Below are positions 34,301-45,505 of a stretch of 64,000 nt of DNA, one piece after another. The position numbers were made by a program, and so were the translations under genes. Numbering within the stretch: the stretch's first letter is position 1; each line of letters begins with the position of its first letter. This stretch comes from Podarcis filfolensis (lineage: Eukaryota). The stretch is taken from assembly GCA_964270895.1 (NCBI GenBank), contig OZ185435.1. One strand, given 5' to 3'. Below the pieces are notes generated by a model, which did not search any database, was not told the origin of the DNA, and was given only the letters and a program-made list of their open reading frames with translations.

Positions 34301-37178
34301 GGGGTTGGACAAGGTCTTTTCCAGCTCTGAAATTCTATGATGTGCTGTTCTTTAGGAAAGAAAAAACACAAGGAATATCCTCTCCCTTGAAACAGCAGGC
34401 AGAAAACAACAGCAGCCTTTCTATTTCTTTCTCCTTTGAACATTAGTTGATCATAGTTTGAAGATTCACAGTGCTGTGTTGCATGCTGGGTAAGAGGAGC
34501 GGCATTTGACTGAACATTTGGGATTCTGTCTTTTGATCCTTTCTAGGTGACCATGGCCAGTTTGGACATTCCTTTTGCTATGTTTGCTCCCAAGAACATT
34601 GAGCCAGAAGATAATGACCCCATGGTAAGAAATGCCAGTCTTGCTCAGTCCTGCCTTCTCAGATTTGAGTGGGTCTGAATTTCCTAACCCAGCCATTAGC
34701 ATGCTTGTGTTTTCTGACTGAAAAACATAACTTTTAGCATCCATTTAATTCCCTCATGCCAGTGTTTGGGTATGTTGGTCTGACACTTGGATCTCTTCAA
34801 CAGGTGAATCCTCCTGACTCTCCAGAAATAGAGTCTCCCCTCCAGGGCAGCCTACACTCAGTGGGCTCCAGTGGCAGCAGCAATGGGAACATCCATGACG
34901 ATTTTGTTATGGTTGATTTTGTAAGTTGATGCAGCCCTTTACATACACATACATCCTTCGCCTCGATGTCTGAAGCAGAACTGAAATGCTAAAATATATG
35001 AAATTCCTTGGGAAAAGGCATCTTCACAGAACCAATGTGGGGCAAATGGCTCTGAATATTATTTCATTAAAAAGCAGAAGTGTACTGATGTGGCCTCCCA
35101 AAATATTGAAAGACTGAGCTTGCAGGAATTCCAGCATACTGGACCCTTTTGAGAGACCTGAAACTTTTATTCTTAAGAACCCATGATGAGTTTTACTCAA
35201 GGGACTAGAACTCAAAGGCTGTTTGATGCAGCCTTCTGTCCAAAAGTGGCCCTTTTCAAAACTGTCACCCCAAATCAATAGCAAATTCTCAACATCACTC
35301 AGATTATAGGGTGACATGAGCAAAGAGCAGTATCTAAGAAGGTGGTCTACAACACAGGTTATAATAATAAAAATTTATTATTTATATGCTGCCTATTTGA
35401 CTGGGTTGCCCCAGCCACTCTGGGCGGCTCCCAACAAAAATAGTAAAAGCAATATAACATCACACACTACAGACTAAAGGTTTACCTGCAGTCCAGAGAA
35501 TAGCCAGATGACCAGTTTTGATAGGAGAAAGATGAAAACATGTTCTACTATATGCCGTACATTGTGCTGTTGTTGGGTGAAACAATGGAATGCATTTCAT
35601 TGATAGTGGTTAAATACATTATCAGATGATGATTGAGCAGAGCACTGTTGTGTTATCAATGTACAGCTGACTGATATTTGTCCATTAAATTCTAGAAACC
35701 AGCATTTTCTAAGGATGACATTCTCCCAATAGACCTTGGAACATTCTACCGTGAATTTCAGAATCCTCCTCAGCTCAGCAGCCTCTCCATTGACATTGGG
35801 GCTCAGTCCATGGCAGAAGATCTGGTATGCAAAAATGGGATTTCAGTTTGAGGGACATTGCTCCCTGCCATACATAAACCAAATATGCCTTATTTGAGAG
35901 GGCTGATCAAACAGGTCATTCATTATTTAATGTATTAGATAACTGTGCTGTGAACTCAAAAGTGCCAAAGCGCCAAGTTCAAATCTTTTGTAAGTTCTAT
36001 AAAAATACATAGCCTTAGGCAGGCCACTTTTTCATCACCTTAGACTGCCCCAGTGACCACCCACACAATGTATTGGAATAATCATTTTGACATGCCTTAC
36101 AGGTTTTTTGTAGGGTTCCTTGAGATAAAGCACAGTATATGAAGAAGTAACATTTTGAAGTACCACATAAATATGTTGTTACAAGATCATTTGAGGTGTT
36201 TTCTGACACTGCTTCTCATTTCCCTGCTTCCCTACATTCTCAGAATTGTACCATCCGTAGCTCCCTCAGACAGTATCCTGCACTCAGTCACAACTTCATA
36301 TTTTCTCCTATGTGCAGAACTGATTCCTTAAGCACAGTGCTCCCCCTGCCCCTTGAGCATATCTTTCCCATGAGGTCTTTGTCTTAACTCTTCAGTCTTC
36401 ATTCCCAACTGTAGCCGAGCAAGTCTGACTGCATTTGCTCACACTCTTCTCTCCCTCCCTTTTGTTTTCTCTGCTTTATTATAGATCATATGCTCTTCAT
36501 GGTTAATGACATGTTTGTTTTTGCCTCTGAAACTCTGTAAAATGTACAAAAGGTTTTTAAAGAAAATCCCTGCAAGTTGCCATCTGTTAGCAGCAGGCTG
36601 ACAAGTGTAATTGTGCTAAAGCTGTTCCAGCAAATTTCAGAGGTCACAATCTCATGCACCTTCACACCTGCAAACAAGCCATGGACTTGGATAGATGCTG
36701 TTTACAGCATTTTACTCCTTTCCAGGGTAGCTGTGCATACAGGTTGGGAAATCTTGAGAGCATTTCATAGTTTGATAGTAATGTTGTGCTGAATCTATTG
36801 AATCAAATCTGTCTTCAGATAAAGCATTATTATTATTAATTATGCCTTACTCTGCTCTTCTGTTTTATGTTTTTTGAACTACCTCTTTTACTCCTGTGTC
36901 TCAGGGGTGAGGAGCCTGTGGTCCCTCAAATGCTCTTGGACTACCATGCCCATTATCCCTTACCATTGACCATGTTGGCTGGTGCTGATGGGAGTTGGAG
37001 TTCAACAACATCTGGAGGGCCCCCACACCTGCTGTGTATTATGTTAAAGAAAAAAGAACCGGCTAATGTAGCTACTGATAATTTTTCTTTGTCTTCACAG
37101 GATTCTCTACCAGATAAACTGGCTGTCCATGAGAAAAATGTCAAAGAATTTGATGCCTTTGTAGAGACCTTACAGTAA
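20747..37178 (+). CDS. ATG13: Autophagy-related protein 13; coding exons 20747-20815, 21546-21626, 22309-22428, 23142-23188, 24446-24586, 25306-25346, 25748-25844, 26135-26233, 27482-27569, 29181-29279 (cassette), 30979-31089 (cassette), 31621-31760, 34128-34245, 34547-34624, 34804-34920, 35696-35824, 37101-37178
   Basis: All exons are AG/GT-flanked with matching phases. Sum is 1653 nt = 550 aa plus stop (517 aa without the 99-nt exon). Translation starts [36 protein letters not shown] (HORMA domain), contains the LIR HDDFVMV, and ends [20 protein letters not shown]. Confidence 0.97.
23250..23427 (+). mobile_element. Old squamate/amniote SINE 3' part ending TTCTTATGTTCTTA
   Basis: GGCTTCCCAT...TTGGTTGGCCACTGTG...CAGCAGGACTCTTCTTATGTTCTTA. 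Family name uncertain. Confidence 0.55.
25033..25103 (-). mobile_element. L2-like LINE/SINE 3' tail; similar tails at 35361-35435 and ~62821-62915, body fragment at ~62200-62410
   Basis: Minus strand reads GCCGCCCTGAGCCC...GGGAGGGCGGGATATAAATAA followed by (ATT)n. Confidence 0.55.
25265..25301 (+). repeat. (CT)18 microsatellite forming an ATG13 polypyrimidine tract
   Basis: Directly abuts the ATAG acceptor of exon 25306-25346. Confidence 0.95.
26876..26970 (-). mobile_element. CR1 3' end fragment
   Basis: AGAATCATAGAATTTTAGAGTTTGAAGG is the reverse complement of the CR1 ATTCTATG tail. Confidence 0.7.
27094..27183. mobile_element. 90-bp palindromic hAT MITE
   Basis: Perfect 13-bp TIRs CATAGCTGTCAAC and GTTGACAGCTATG. 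Flanks CTCTACAG and TTCTACAG match at 7/8. Confidence 0.85.
29181..29279 (+). CDS. ATG13: ATG13 in-frame cassette exon (33 aa, [33 protein letters not shown])
   Basis: Long U-rich acceptor ending TTCAG at 29180, donor CAA|GTGAGT, 99 nt, phase 0/0. Resembles the 33-aa insert of the long mammalian isoform (recalled). Confidence 0.85.
30979..31089 (+). CDS. ATG13: ATG13 in-frame exon (37 aa, [37 protein letters not shown]), alternatively spliced in mammals
   Basis: TTTCTTAG acceptor at 30978, CAG|GTATTC donor, 111 nt, phase 0/0. Confidence 0.9.
32541..32907. mobile_element. Tc1/mariner (pogo/Tigger-like) MITE
   Basis: TA|CCGTATTTTTTGCACCATAAC ... GTTATAGAGCGAAAAATACGG|TA: TIRs plus TA TSD. Confidence 0.85.
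36902..37031. mobile_element. ~130-bp palindromic hAT MITE; further copies at 42216-42350, ~57690-57835, ~61472-61597, partial copies at ~58430-58515 and ~14500-14562
   Basis: CAGGGGTGAGGAGCCTGTGG...CAACATCTGGAGGGCC...CCTG. Flanks CTGTGTCT and CTGTGTAT match at 7/8. Confidence 0.75.
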
Positions 37179-38294
37179 AACGGCTTATTCTACAGCAGCG
37201 TTGAACTTTTTAGACACCCTGGAAAAGGAAGCCCATGCATTCTGCCTTTCTTCCCTTAGTGTCTTGTTCTGTCCCCATCCCCCAATTTCGTAGGCACTAT
37301 TGCTTTGCTCTGTCAGGTGCAGAAACAGTGGTCTGTATCTCTTTGAACTAGTCCTTGGGAAGGGTGTGACTTGCTTTCCTACCCGTGTGAGGTTCGTATT
37401 GAATACAGTGCATTAGGAAACAAGATCAAGGCCTGTTCTTCTTCCGTTTTCTCATGTGTTGAGAGACACCGATGCTTCTTCCTCCCTCAACAGGGCTCTA
37501 CAATCTGGTTTCCTGGGGACAGTCTTTTTCCCTGCATCTGCAGTAACGCCAAGCAGAAATAACTCTAACTAAATGTAACTGTCTTGTGAGCACTGTAGAT
37601 TCTGCTAGCGTGGTTCAAACACCGGCTTGCCTTCAGCAAGTGCAGCTAAAACATAAGGGCAAGGGGCCGTTTTTCACCAGTGGTGCCCTAAACAAAGCAA
37701 ACACAATGTTGCACATCTGTGTGGAAACAAGAATTGAGGGGCCTGACCTGATTGTCTAGTGCAGTTTCAAAGTAAGCCACAGACGCTAAAAGAATTGTTT
37801 TTTGCATATTACCTGCCAACACGGTGTGTGTCAATATATTGCCTCCCCAAGACCACAAGCATGGTCTGTGGCATTTGGAGAAGATCCAGAGTTTGTAGGC
37901 TGTGTTTACAGTCAGCAGTTGTAAATATGAATTAGGAATCCTAATTCTCTAGGGTTATTTAATTTGGGTGGGGTCTTTAGTCCAAAGTTCTTTCCTCTAT
38001 TCCCCTCAAATGTTGCTGCTCTATCATAAAATAAGAAATATTTATTACTCTAAAGGAAACCTATATTTAAAAAAAAATGTATGTGGATGCTTTCACTTTG
38101 TAAAGTAGCCATATAGGCTGCTTTGTCCTTTGTCACTGCAAGTATGTTGTTCCAAACAGCTGTCATTTCCCCCGCTCCCGTTTGCAGGGTAAACTATAAT
38201 ACTTATTTCAGAAACAGACATGGTTATGCTTTCAAAGTGATCTCTTCTGGTGACTCGATTTCCATTCTGCCCTGTTGGGTCTGTGGATGTCATA

Positions 38295-38300
38295 AATAAA
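38295..38300 (+). terminator. Candidate ATG13 polyadenylation signal AATAAA (~1.1 kb 3' UTR)
   Basis: First AATAAA I found after the stop codon at 37178. Confidence 0.5.
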
Positions 38301-39337
38301 AATGCACATGTTGATGCAGTGCACTGGTAGAAAGTTTCTAAAATGATTGTCTCTGACAGGCTTATACATTCGCTGTGATCTGCACTTAGTTGGAAAGTAG
38401 CTTTTTCAGACAAGCACATTTTAAAGAAGTTTGTGGTACTTGTTTTAATTGATGGGGTTTTGATTGGCTAAAAGTTTATTTTTGTAATGACTTAGCCATT
38501 AAGCAGTGTGATTGGCTGACATTGCTATGTGTTTGATCTGCCTGCTCTGTTCTTCACCAAATATGGGGAAGGAAAAACAACACTAAGCATCAGCTCAGGG
38601 ATAAGTTAGACTCTGGGCACAACTTCTTTCTTCCTTTTCATTAGAAACCAGGCTGAGACTGCAATCCTGTGCAAACTTTCTTGCGAGTAAATCCCATTAA
38701 ACTCTGTGGAAGTTAATTCTGAGGAAACATGCTTAGGATTGTACTGTAAAATGCCGAAGACCATTCCCTGCAACCTGTTATCTTATAAACTATTTCTTAT
38801 GACTGTGGACATGAAGGACCATTTATGGTTTCCTGATTAAAGTAATGAGATGTTAACTTCCTGAAGTATATGGTTCCATTTCTTGTTGATGAAGGAGGGT
38901 TGTTTGTTTTAGGCAACAGCCATCATTTAACCATGTAACCTCTCTAGGTTTCTCACCCCTACTGCTGGACAGAAACGAGCTGAAGCTCCAATTTCTTGCC
39001 TTCAAGCATGTTGCTGTTTTGCATTACTAACTCTCAATACCTACTGGCAATACCTTTGCATGACACTGGTCCATGAAAAAACATGATCTAACCCTAGTCT
39101 CTGGCCTAAAGTGCTCCTGGGTAGTTGTCTTTGGCAGAAGTAATATCAATATCAAAACTACCCCTAAAAGTCTCTTGCCACGTAATGTCTGATCCAGGGC
39201 CTTCTGTGGTTTGTTAGGTGCTTTGGGAATTCTTCATCCTTCTAGCCAGACTGGAATATAGCACAATGAAATTATATTCCTATAATGACCTACAAGGTGA
39301 CCAATGGTTTTCCCAAGACCAGCTGATGATGATAGTA

Positions 39338-39583
39338 CAGTGGTACCTCTAGTTACGAACTTAATTCGTTCCGGAGGTCCATTCTTAACCTGAAACTGTT
39401 CTTAACTAGAGGCGTGCTTTCGCTAATGGGGCCTCTTGCTGCCGCTGCGCTGCCAGCACACGATTTCCATTCTCATCCTGGGGCAAAGTTCTCAACTTGA
39501 GGTAACTCTTCCATGTTAGCGGAGTTTGTAACCTGAATCATTTGTAACCTGAGGCGTTTGTAACTCGAGGTATGGTACCACTG
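39338..39583. mobile_element. Tigger-like Tc1/mariner MITE, copy 1
   Basis: TA|CAGTGGTACCTC ... GGTACCACTG|TA. Confidence 0.85.
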
Positions 39584-40179
39584 TACTGCTATGGAGATAA
39601 TGTCTACATAAGTTGGCTTTAGTACACTGACAAGAGAATCTGTTAAGGGAACATCTGCCTGCTCTCTGGTTAGTTACTTGCAGAGTGACTGATCCCGCTG
39701 CAATGATCAAGTGACATTTGCCTCCCTACCAGCCAGATTATAGTTACGAGATCACTCGTAACTATTTTTTGCAGCTTTTCCCTGAAGTTTCTCCATATGA
39801 TGGCAATGCCTGTATAGTTTCTCCTCTTCGCGCCAAGATGCTGCAATAGTTAAAGGAAGTTAGCCAGTTGCTGCCTGTCCCATTTGCTTCAGACCAATAT
39901 ATCTCTGCACAGAACTGCCATGGAAGGGCCCAATAAATACAGGTGTGCCTCTATGCACGGAATATGCAGCGCTGCTGGGTTTTTTATACTGCTTTCTTTG
40001 TGGTTTTCCAAGTCTTGCTACTTGGTTCAGTTTAAGAGTAAATTATTCCTTAGTTAGACCTGATCAAGATATTAATTTACTAATGTAGAACGGGGATCCA
40101 GTTTTTTTTCAGACTTTCAAAGATAGATATCTTACTGCCCCTTATGTGGTACTTTACAGCATTGCAGTAAATGAGAATA

Positions 40180-40399
40180 CAGTGGAACTCGGGTTAATTC
40201 ATTCTGGAGGTCTGTTCTTAACCCGAAACTGTTCTTAACTTGAGGTACCACTTTAGGTAATGGGGCCTCCCGCTGCTACAGCTGCACCACCGCTGCGCGA
40301 TTTCTGTTCTCATCCTGAAGCAAAGTTCTTAACCCAAGGTACTATTTCTGGCTTAGCAGAGTCTGTAATCTGAAGCGTCTGTAACCCGAGGTACCACTG
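40180..40399. mobile_element. Tigger-like Tc1/mariner MITE, copy 2 (same family and orientation as copy 1)
   Basis: TA|CAGTGGAACTCGGGTT ... AACCCGAGGTACCACTG|TA; internal sequence matches copy 1. Confidence 0.85.
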
Positions 40400-41938
40400 T
40401 ACATAGCTAATAATTTACAAGTGTTTTGGTTAAAAGGAAAAGGGTCCTCAATTATATTTCTTTGGAACTAATTTTCAAGAGTTACTTCAACATGTATTCA
40501 TATACTTTCCAATAAAAATGTTATGTAACTTACTTGAGCTGTCAGCCAGAGGCCTAGTGAAAAGTCTTATTTTAAAGAGATAAGTGGTGGAGCTGCTGGA
40601 AAATGCTAACTCTTCAACTACTTTAGTTACTGAAATACAATTTCATTTTTTTAAAAATCAACATGGTTTACAGCAATTCTATATACACAATAAAAACATT
40701 TTAAATCACAGGTCATCAACTACCTATATTCCAGACAGTGTTTTTCTTATTCTGCATATGTCTGATGCCATCAAAAGGTTTTGAAGGTGAATATTGAATA
40801 TACCTATTCAATCTCCAGTGGAAGAGTATTCCACAGGATTGGGCCAATGGCATGAAAGACTTGGTTTCTTGTTGGTGTCAAATAAGCCATACCAGGGGAT
40901 GACCAGCAATGTGCCTACAGAGGCACTCAGTAGTTGAGCTGGTTCAGATGGTCCCAAAGGTACCTCAGGCCCAAGTTGTTTAGTGTTTGTAAATTAACTA
41001 CCAAGCCAAGTTCAACATCCTTGTATTAACAGGCAACTAGTGTAGATGTTTTAATTAGTGTTGTCAGCCATGTGCCCCCATCAGTCTAGCTACCACAATC
41101 TGCACCAGCTGGAGGTTCTGCATCAGGCCCAAGGGCCAGCCACAGAAAGTTCATTGGAATGATCAAGCCTTGAGGTTACCAACTCAGAAGTTGGTGGTAG
41201 TGCCATTCTTAAACCAAAAGCCAGTAAAAAGGGGGGGGGGTCAAAGGCAGGGGCACATCCTCCCTTCACACAGGGGAAAACATTTGTCATACCCATTATC
41301 TAGCAAAGATTGATTTTCACCAGCTTTCACTTGGGGGAACATGATTGCCTGGGAAATGATCAGCTATGAGTTCAGGTTGGTGAATGTAAGATGAATAAAC
41401 CTTAAAACTAGGAACTTGGTGCTAGTGATGTTGAAGATGAATATACTATATTAAATACAGTGGGTCTACATGAGGGTTCAGTTCCTCACTCAAAGTCAAG
41501 ATTATGCACTCCCTTCCCTAAGCCCAGTAAACAAGGAATACCCTGCTGGGGGTGTGGGGTGCGGGATAAATATGCACAGGGGAGGATTTCCCCAGCTCTA
41601 TTCCTCATCTGCATAAGGTGATTGCACAAGTAAAACAAGCACAAGCTGCAGGTTTACTGTATATAGCACAGACAGCTGTGAAGCAAGTAATGTAACAAAG
41701 TACAGCCTGAATAAAAGGTGGAAAAGTCCCATGATCAATTTACACCTACCAGACAGTGCTACACTGGTTAAAGGATGAACAAATAACCTTCTCCCTGAAG
41801 GGGATTAGATATGCATTTCACCACTTACTGTATTGTTGTATAGGCACCAGGTGGATGATACTAATCTCTCTCTCTTGGTGACTGATTCTAGAACAACACA
41901 TTGAAGAAAAACACCAAAACTGGTATTGGCTTTGGGTT

Positions 41939-41944
41939 TTTATT
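41939..41944 (-). terminator. ARHGAP1 polyadenylation signal AATAAA (~3.6 kb 3' UTR)
   Basis: Minus strand reads TTTTGTACTTC-AATAAA-AAACCC, followed by GU/U-rich TTTTGGTGTTTTTCTTCAATGTGTTGTT. Confidence 0.7.
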
Positions 41945-42215
41945 GAAGTACAAAAAGTGCAAACTGTGAAATACAAGATTGGTACCATTAGAAGGAAATA
42001 AACATGGGTGTGTAAATTAATGTCACAGTAAAAATAAAAATAAAAAACCCCAGCCCTGCTCCCAATAAACATCAATGAGAACAAAAATGCAAGGTAACAG
42101 CAACAAAAAGCAAAGCTGTAAACTCTGCATACAGACCCCAGTGGAGAACACGCAACCAGGGGTCACTTGGCTATCAAAGACCTCTGCTGAGTCAGCAAAG
42201 AGACTTGCCATAAAG

Positions 42216-42350
42216 CAAAGGTGGAAAACCGGCGGCCTTCCAGATGTTGCTGGATCACAATTCCCATCATCCCTGAAAACTGGCCAGGCTGGCTATGGCT
42301 AATGGGCACTGGAGTCCAACATCTGGAGGACCACAGGTTCCCCACTCCTA
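42216..42350. mobile_element. Palindromic hAT MITE inside the ARHGAP1 3' UTR
   Basis: Arms GTGGAAAACCGGCGGCCTTCCAGATGTTG and CAACATCTGGAGGACCACAGGTTCCCCAC. Flanks CCATAAAG and CCACAAGG match at 6/8. Confidence 0.75.
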
Positions 42351-45300
42351 CCACAAGGCATCCAATTAGCTTCAGCATAAGCAGCAGCACCCATAAGCTG
42401 TTCTCACTACAGATACATGACTGACTGCTAGAGGTGAGAGCACAGAGTGTATTCAGGAGGTACCAAGACACTGATGGGCTTTATTAGGCAAGCAAAGGAT
42501 ACAATAGAGATGGAGCGCTCCACCCACAGAAGCACTGTGGCCAATATCTAACATGGAAGCTACATGACAAGGAGGCAGCCAAGCAGGTGTAGCACTGGAA
42601 GTTTGCAGGAGGACAGAAAACCATGTGCAGCCATGGCGATCTAACCAGCTCTTGGCCTCTATTACAAGAGGAGCATGGAAGGACATAATTGGCCCTTTGA
42701 GATGCTGGTCTTCTAGTAATTCCAACCACTTGCTTGGATGCCTACCATCCTAATTCAGACAGCACACATGGCAGCAATCAAAAAAAGGGAAGGGGAAGGA
42801 AGTTCGGAGTTAACTGGCCAAAGATGCAAACTTAATTTGTAGGGTGCAGTCAGGCCTAGCATGCAGCTCCACCAATCACCCACAATGGTAAGAGATTTGA
42901 AAATGGAAAAAGAATGGTGAGGGGAGAGGGCAATGAGGCAAAGCAGACATTGCTGCCATGTATGTACTCCAGGTGTCCTGGAAGCTCCCACAAAGTAGGG
43001 AAAGCAACAGAGCTATTTTACACTGGCTTACTTGCAGGGCTTTGTGAGTGCACTTTAACTGTGTGCAGTAGCTAGCAATACAAAGATTTGCAATGTGTTT
43101 GGGGGTGGGGGAAATCACACACGCACACAAATTGGGAATCTGGGGACTTCATAAAAGTGTTACTGGGCAGCTGTGACAGCACTTTCTCCCTCCTGCCTGA
43201 TCTTGCTCCTAATCCTAAAAGAAGATGAGGAATTAATGTTACAGTGCAGTGGCTGAACCTGCAGCCTTGTGTCCTAAAGTGCCTGGGCCTTCCATGTCTG
43301 AGGCAATGCTTTCCATGGAAACCAGCTGCTTCTCCTTCCAACCTGGGAACTCTGAAGAGGAGCGAGCAAGTTAACTATGCTAAACTATTCTATACAAGAG
43401 ACACTAGAAGGCAAAAGGCTCTTGCTCCTCCCATTGCCGTTCACTTGTTAGTGTTCTTGGTGAAAGCCTCTCCATTGTCTCAGCTAAACAGAAAAATCAA
43501 TATTCCCAACTGCTGTGTTGTTCCAAAATTTCGAACTAAGTTTATATGTTATCAGACTGAACACTTCCTATATGCTGACTGATCCTGTACCTTACGTAGG
43601 ATGATGAACTCTGACCAACACATTCATCAGCCCCTCATAATAGTGTCAAGCACTTCAGTTCACCATTTCCAGCCATCTGTGACAGATGTGGAATCCAATT
43701 CACTGGATCTGGCTGGGCTACGGGCACTGGTAATTTACATGCAGATTTTAGTGCTGATCATTTGTTACTTTAAAACCATAGCACAGGCCTTCCTTTATTC
43801 AGTTTTAAACAGTAGCCTACTGTGCATTTACAAAACACACCTTGCCAGCTTCCCTCTAACTGTCTTGTGACAGGAAGCCACAGGTTCTGGGAAGGTGGAG
43901 AAAAGCACCTCCAACTTCTCTGTAATCCTGTGAAACTCCAAGCTTGCTATTTTACAGGACCAACTAATGGGTTGGGTGTGGACAAAATAGCCTTACAACA
44001 GTTGGCAGTAATACATTGTGAAAATGCACTTTTACAACACTATTAAAAAGCAAAAGCTTCTATAGGCTCAGCAGAAAACTGCTATTTTTGAGAGAACACA
44101 TTTGGCTTAAAACTTATGTGCTTGGGCCAATGGCTTAGCCTAGTCTAGAGTTCAGAATAATTCAGCTTTCTGATCTGAAAGGGGGAACAACTCACATAGG
44201 CAAGAATCTATGGAATAACCATACTGCACGGCTGCATAACCTTTCTCAGGTCAGAGAAAAGAGCAGCAATGCTTCCTATCTCCATGTGCCAAGGAAACAA
44301 AGGGGTCCAGCAGAGCCATTCTGGTATTCGTAAAACAACTATATTTCAGCTCAACAAGGACACAATGGCAGTGGTCCTTCAGTGAGAAAACTCACCTTCC
44401 CCTAATTATGGCACAAGATTGCCCAGTAGATTGGGGCAAGGAGGTTTCTGCATAAGGTTCTTGAGTTTGGCCTCAGTGATCCGTCTTTTGCTTGAGTATG
44501 CTCTCATCACAATGGTAAGGCAGCAGCAACCAGAGGCACAGATGTCTGTGCTTCAGTTACAGGAATGGGCAGTGTTTTAATCTGGCCTTTGGCATTTTGA
44601 AGAGCTAATACCACCACAGCAGACACCCCCTGCATGACTCCTACCGTCTGGCAGGGGGGAGAGCAAAACACACACAAAATCACTACCCCCCCCCAAAAAA
44701 TGGAAAACCTTAATGGCAAGGCCAGTTTCGCAGAGACACTCTCTTCAGAAGGGCATTACAAAAAGAGTGGGCTCCACAATATCTGAGGGCACTAACCTTT
44801 AAATCATGGCAGGGAAATTGTAACAGCACCTACCACAAGTGCTAGAGTTCCTTGAAATGTACAAATAGCTCTCTATTCAGAAACATGGGCACTTCCAGGA
44901 CAAAGCAATCTTCTTTTATACCCCATGTTTTCCATAGGGCTAGGGGTCAGCTTTTCCATCAAGGGTAGCAAGCTGGTTGTGTTCAGTAGCGGCCGTAGCC
45001 TTCCAAAATGGGAATGCTCAGAACTGACTTGGATGCATGTGGAGAACCAATGTGAGCCAAAGAAGAGAAGTAGAAATAGATTCCTCTCAGCCAAAGGGCC
45101 ACTGCAGCAACACGTATTAGTCCAGATCACACAGGCACCAAGAGGTAGGGATTCTGCTGGGGTACAAGAAGAGCTACTTGATGGGAGCAATTTGGGAAAG
45201 GAAGGGAACTGAAGGAATTAAGAGGAATATGGACACTCCACTTCTAGAGATGGGGAGGCCAGCTTCCCAGCCCACTTGACCACCCCTTCTCTCTTTCTCT

Positions 45301-45505
45301 CTCTCTCTCTCCTTCACGCACACATGCACACACACACACTCAATACCATCTCCTACTCCTCTTTCACTCCACTCATCACCTTATGCTTTTCTAAGCTTGG
45401 CCACGGTTCCAAGATAAAGTAGAAAGGAAAAGGGGAGGGGGAGGGAAGGAAGGAAGGAAGTGGTCACAGTGGACACATGGTGTGTCAGCACAAACAGGCT
45501 CTCAA

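Noticed and set aside
36867-37100. Apparent N-terminal part of the 103-aa ORF ending in ETLQ*
   Set aside because: It is intronic MITE sequence read into the last ATG13 exon. The real acceptor is at 37100.
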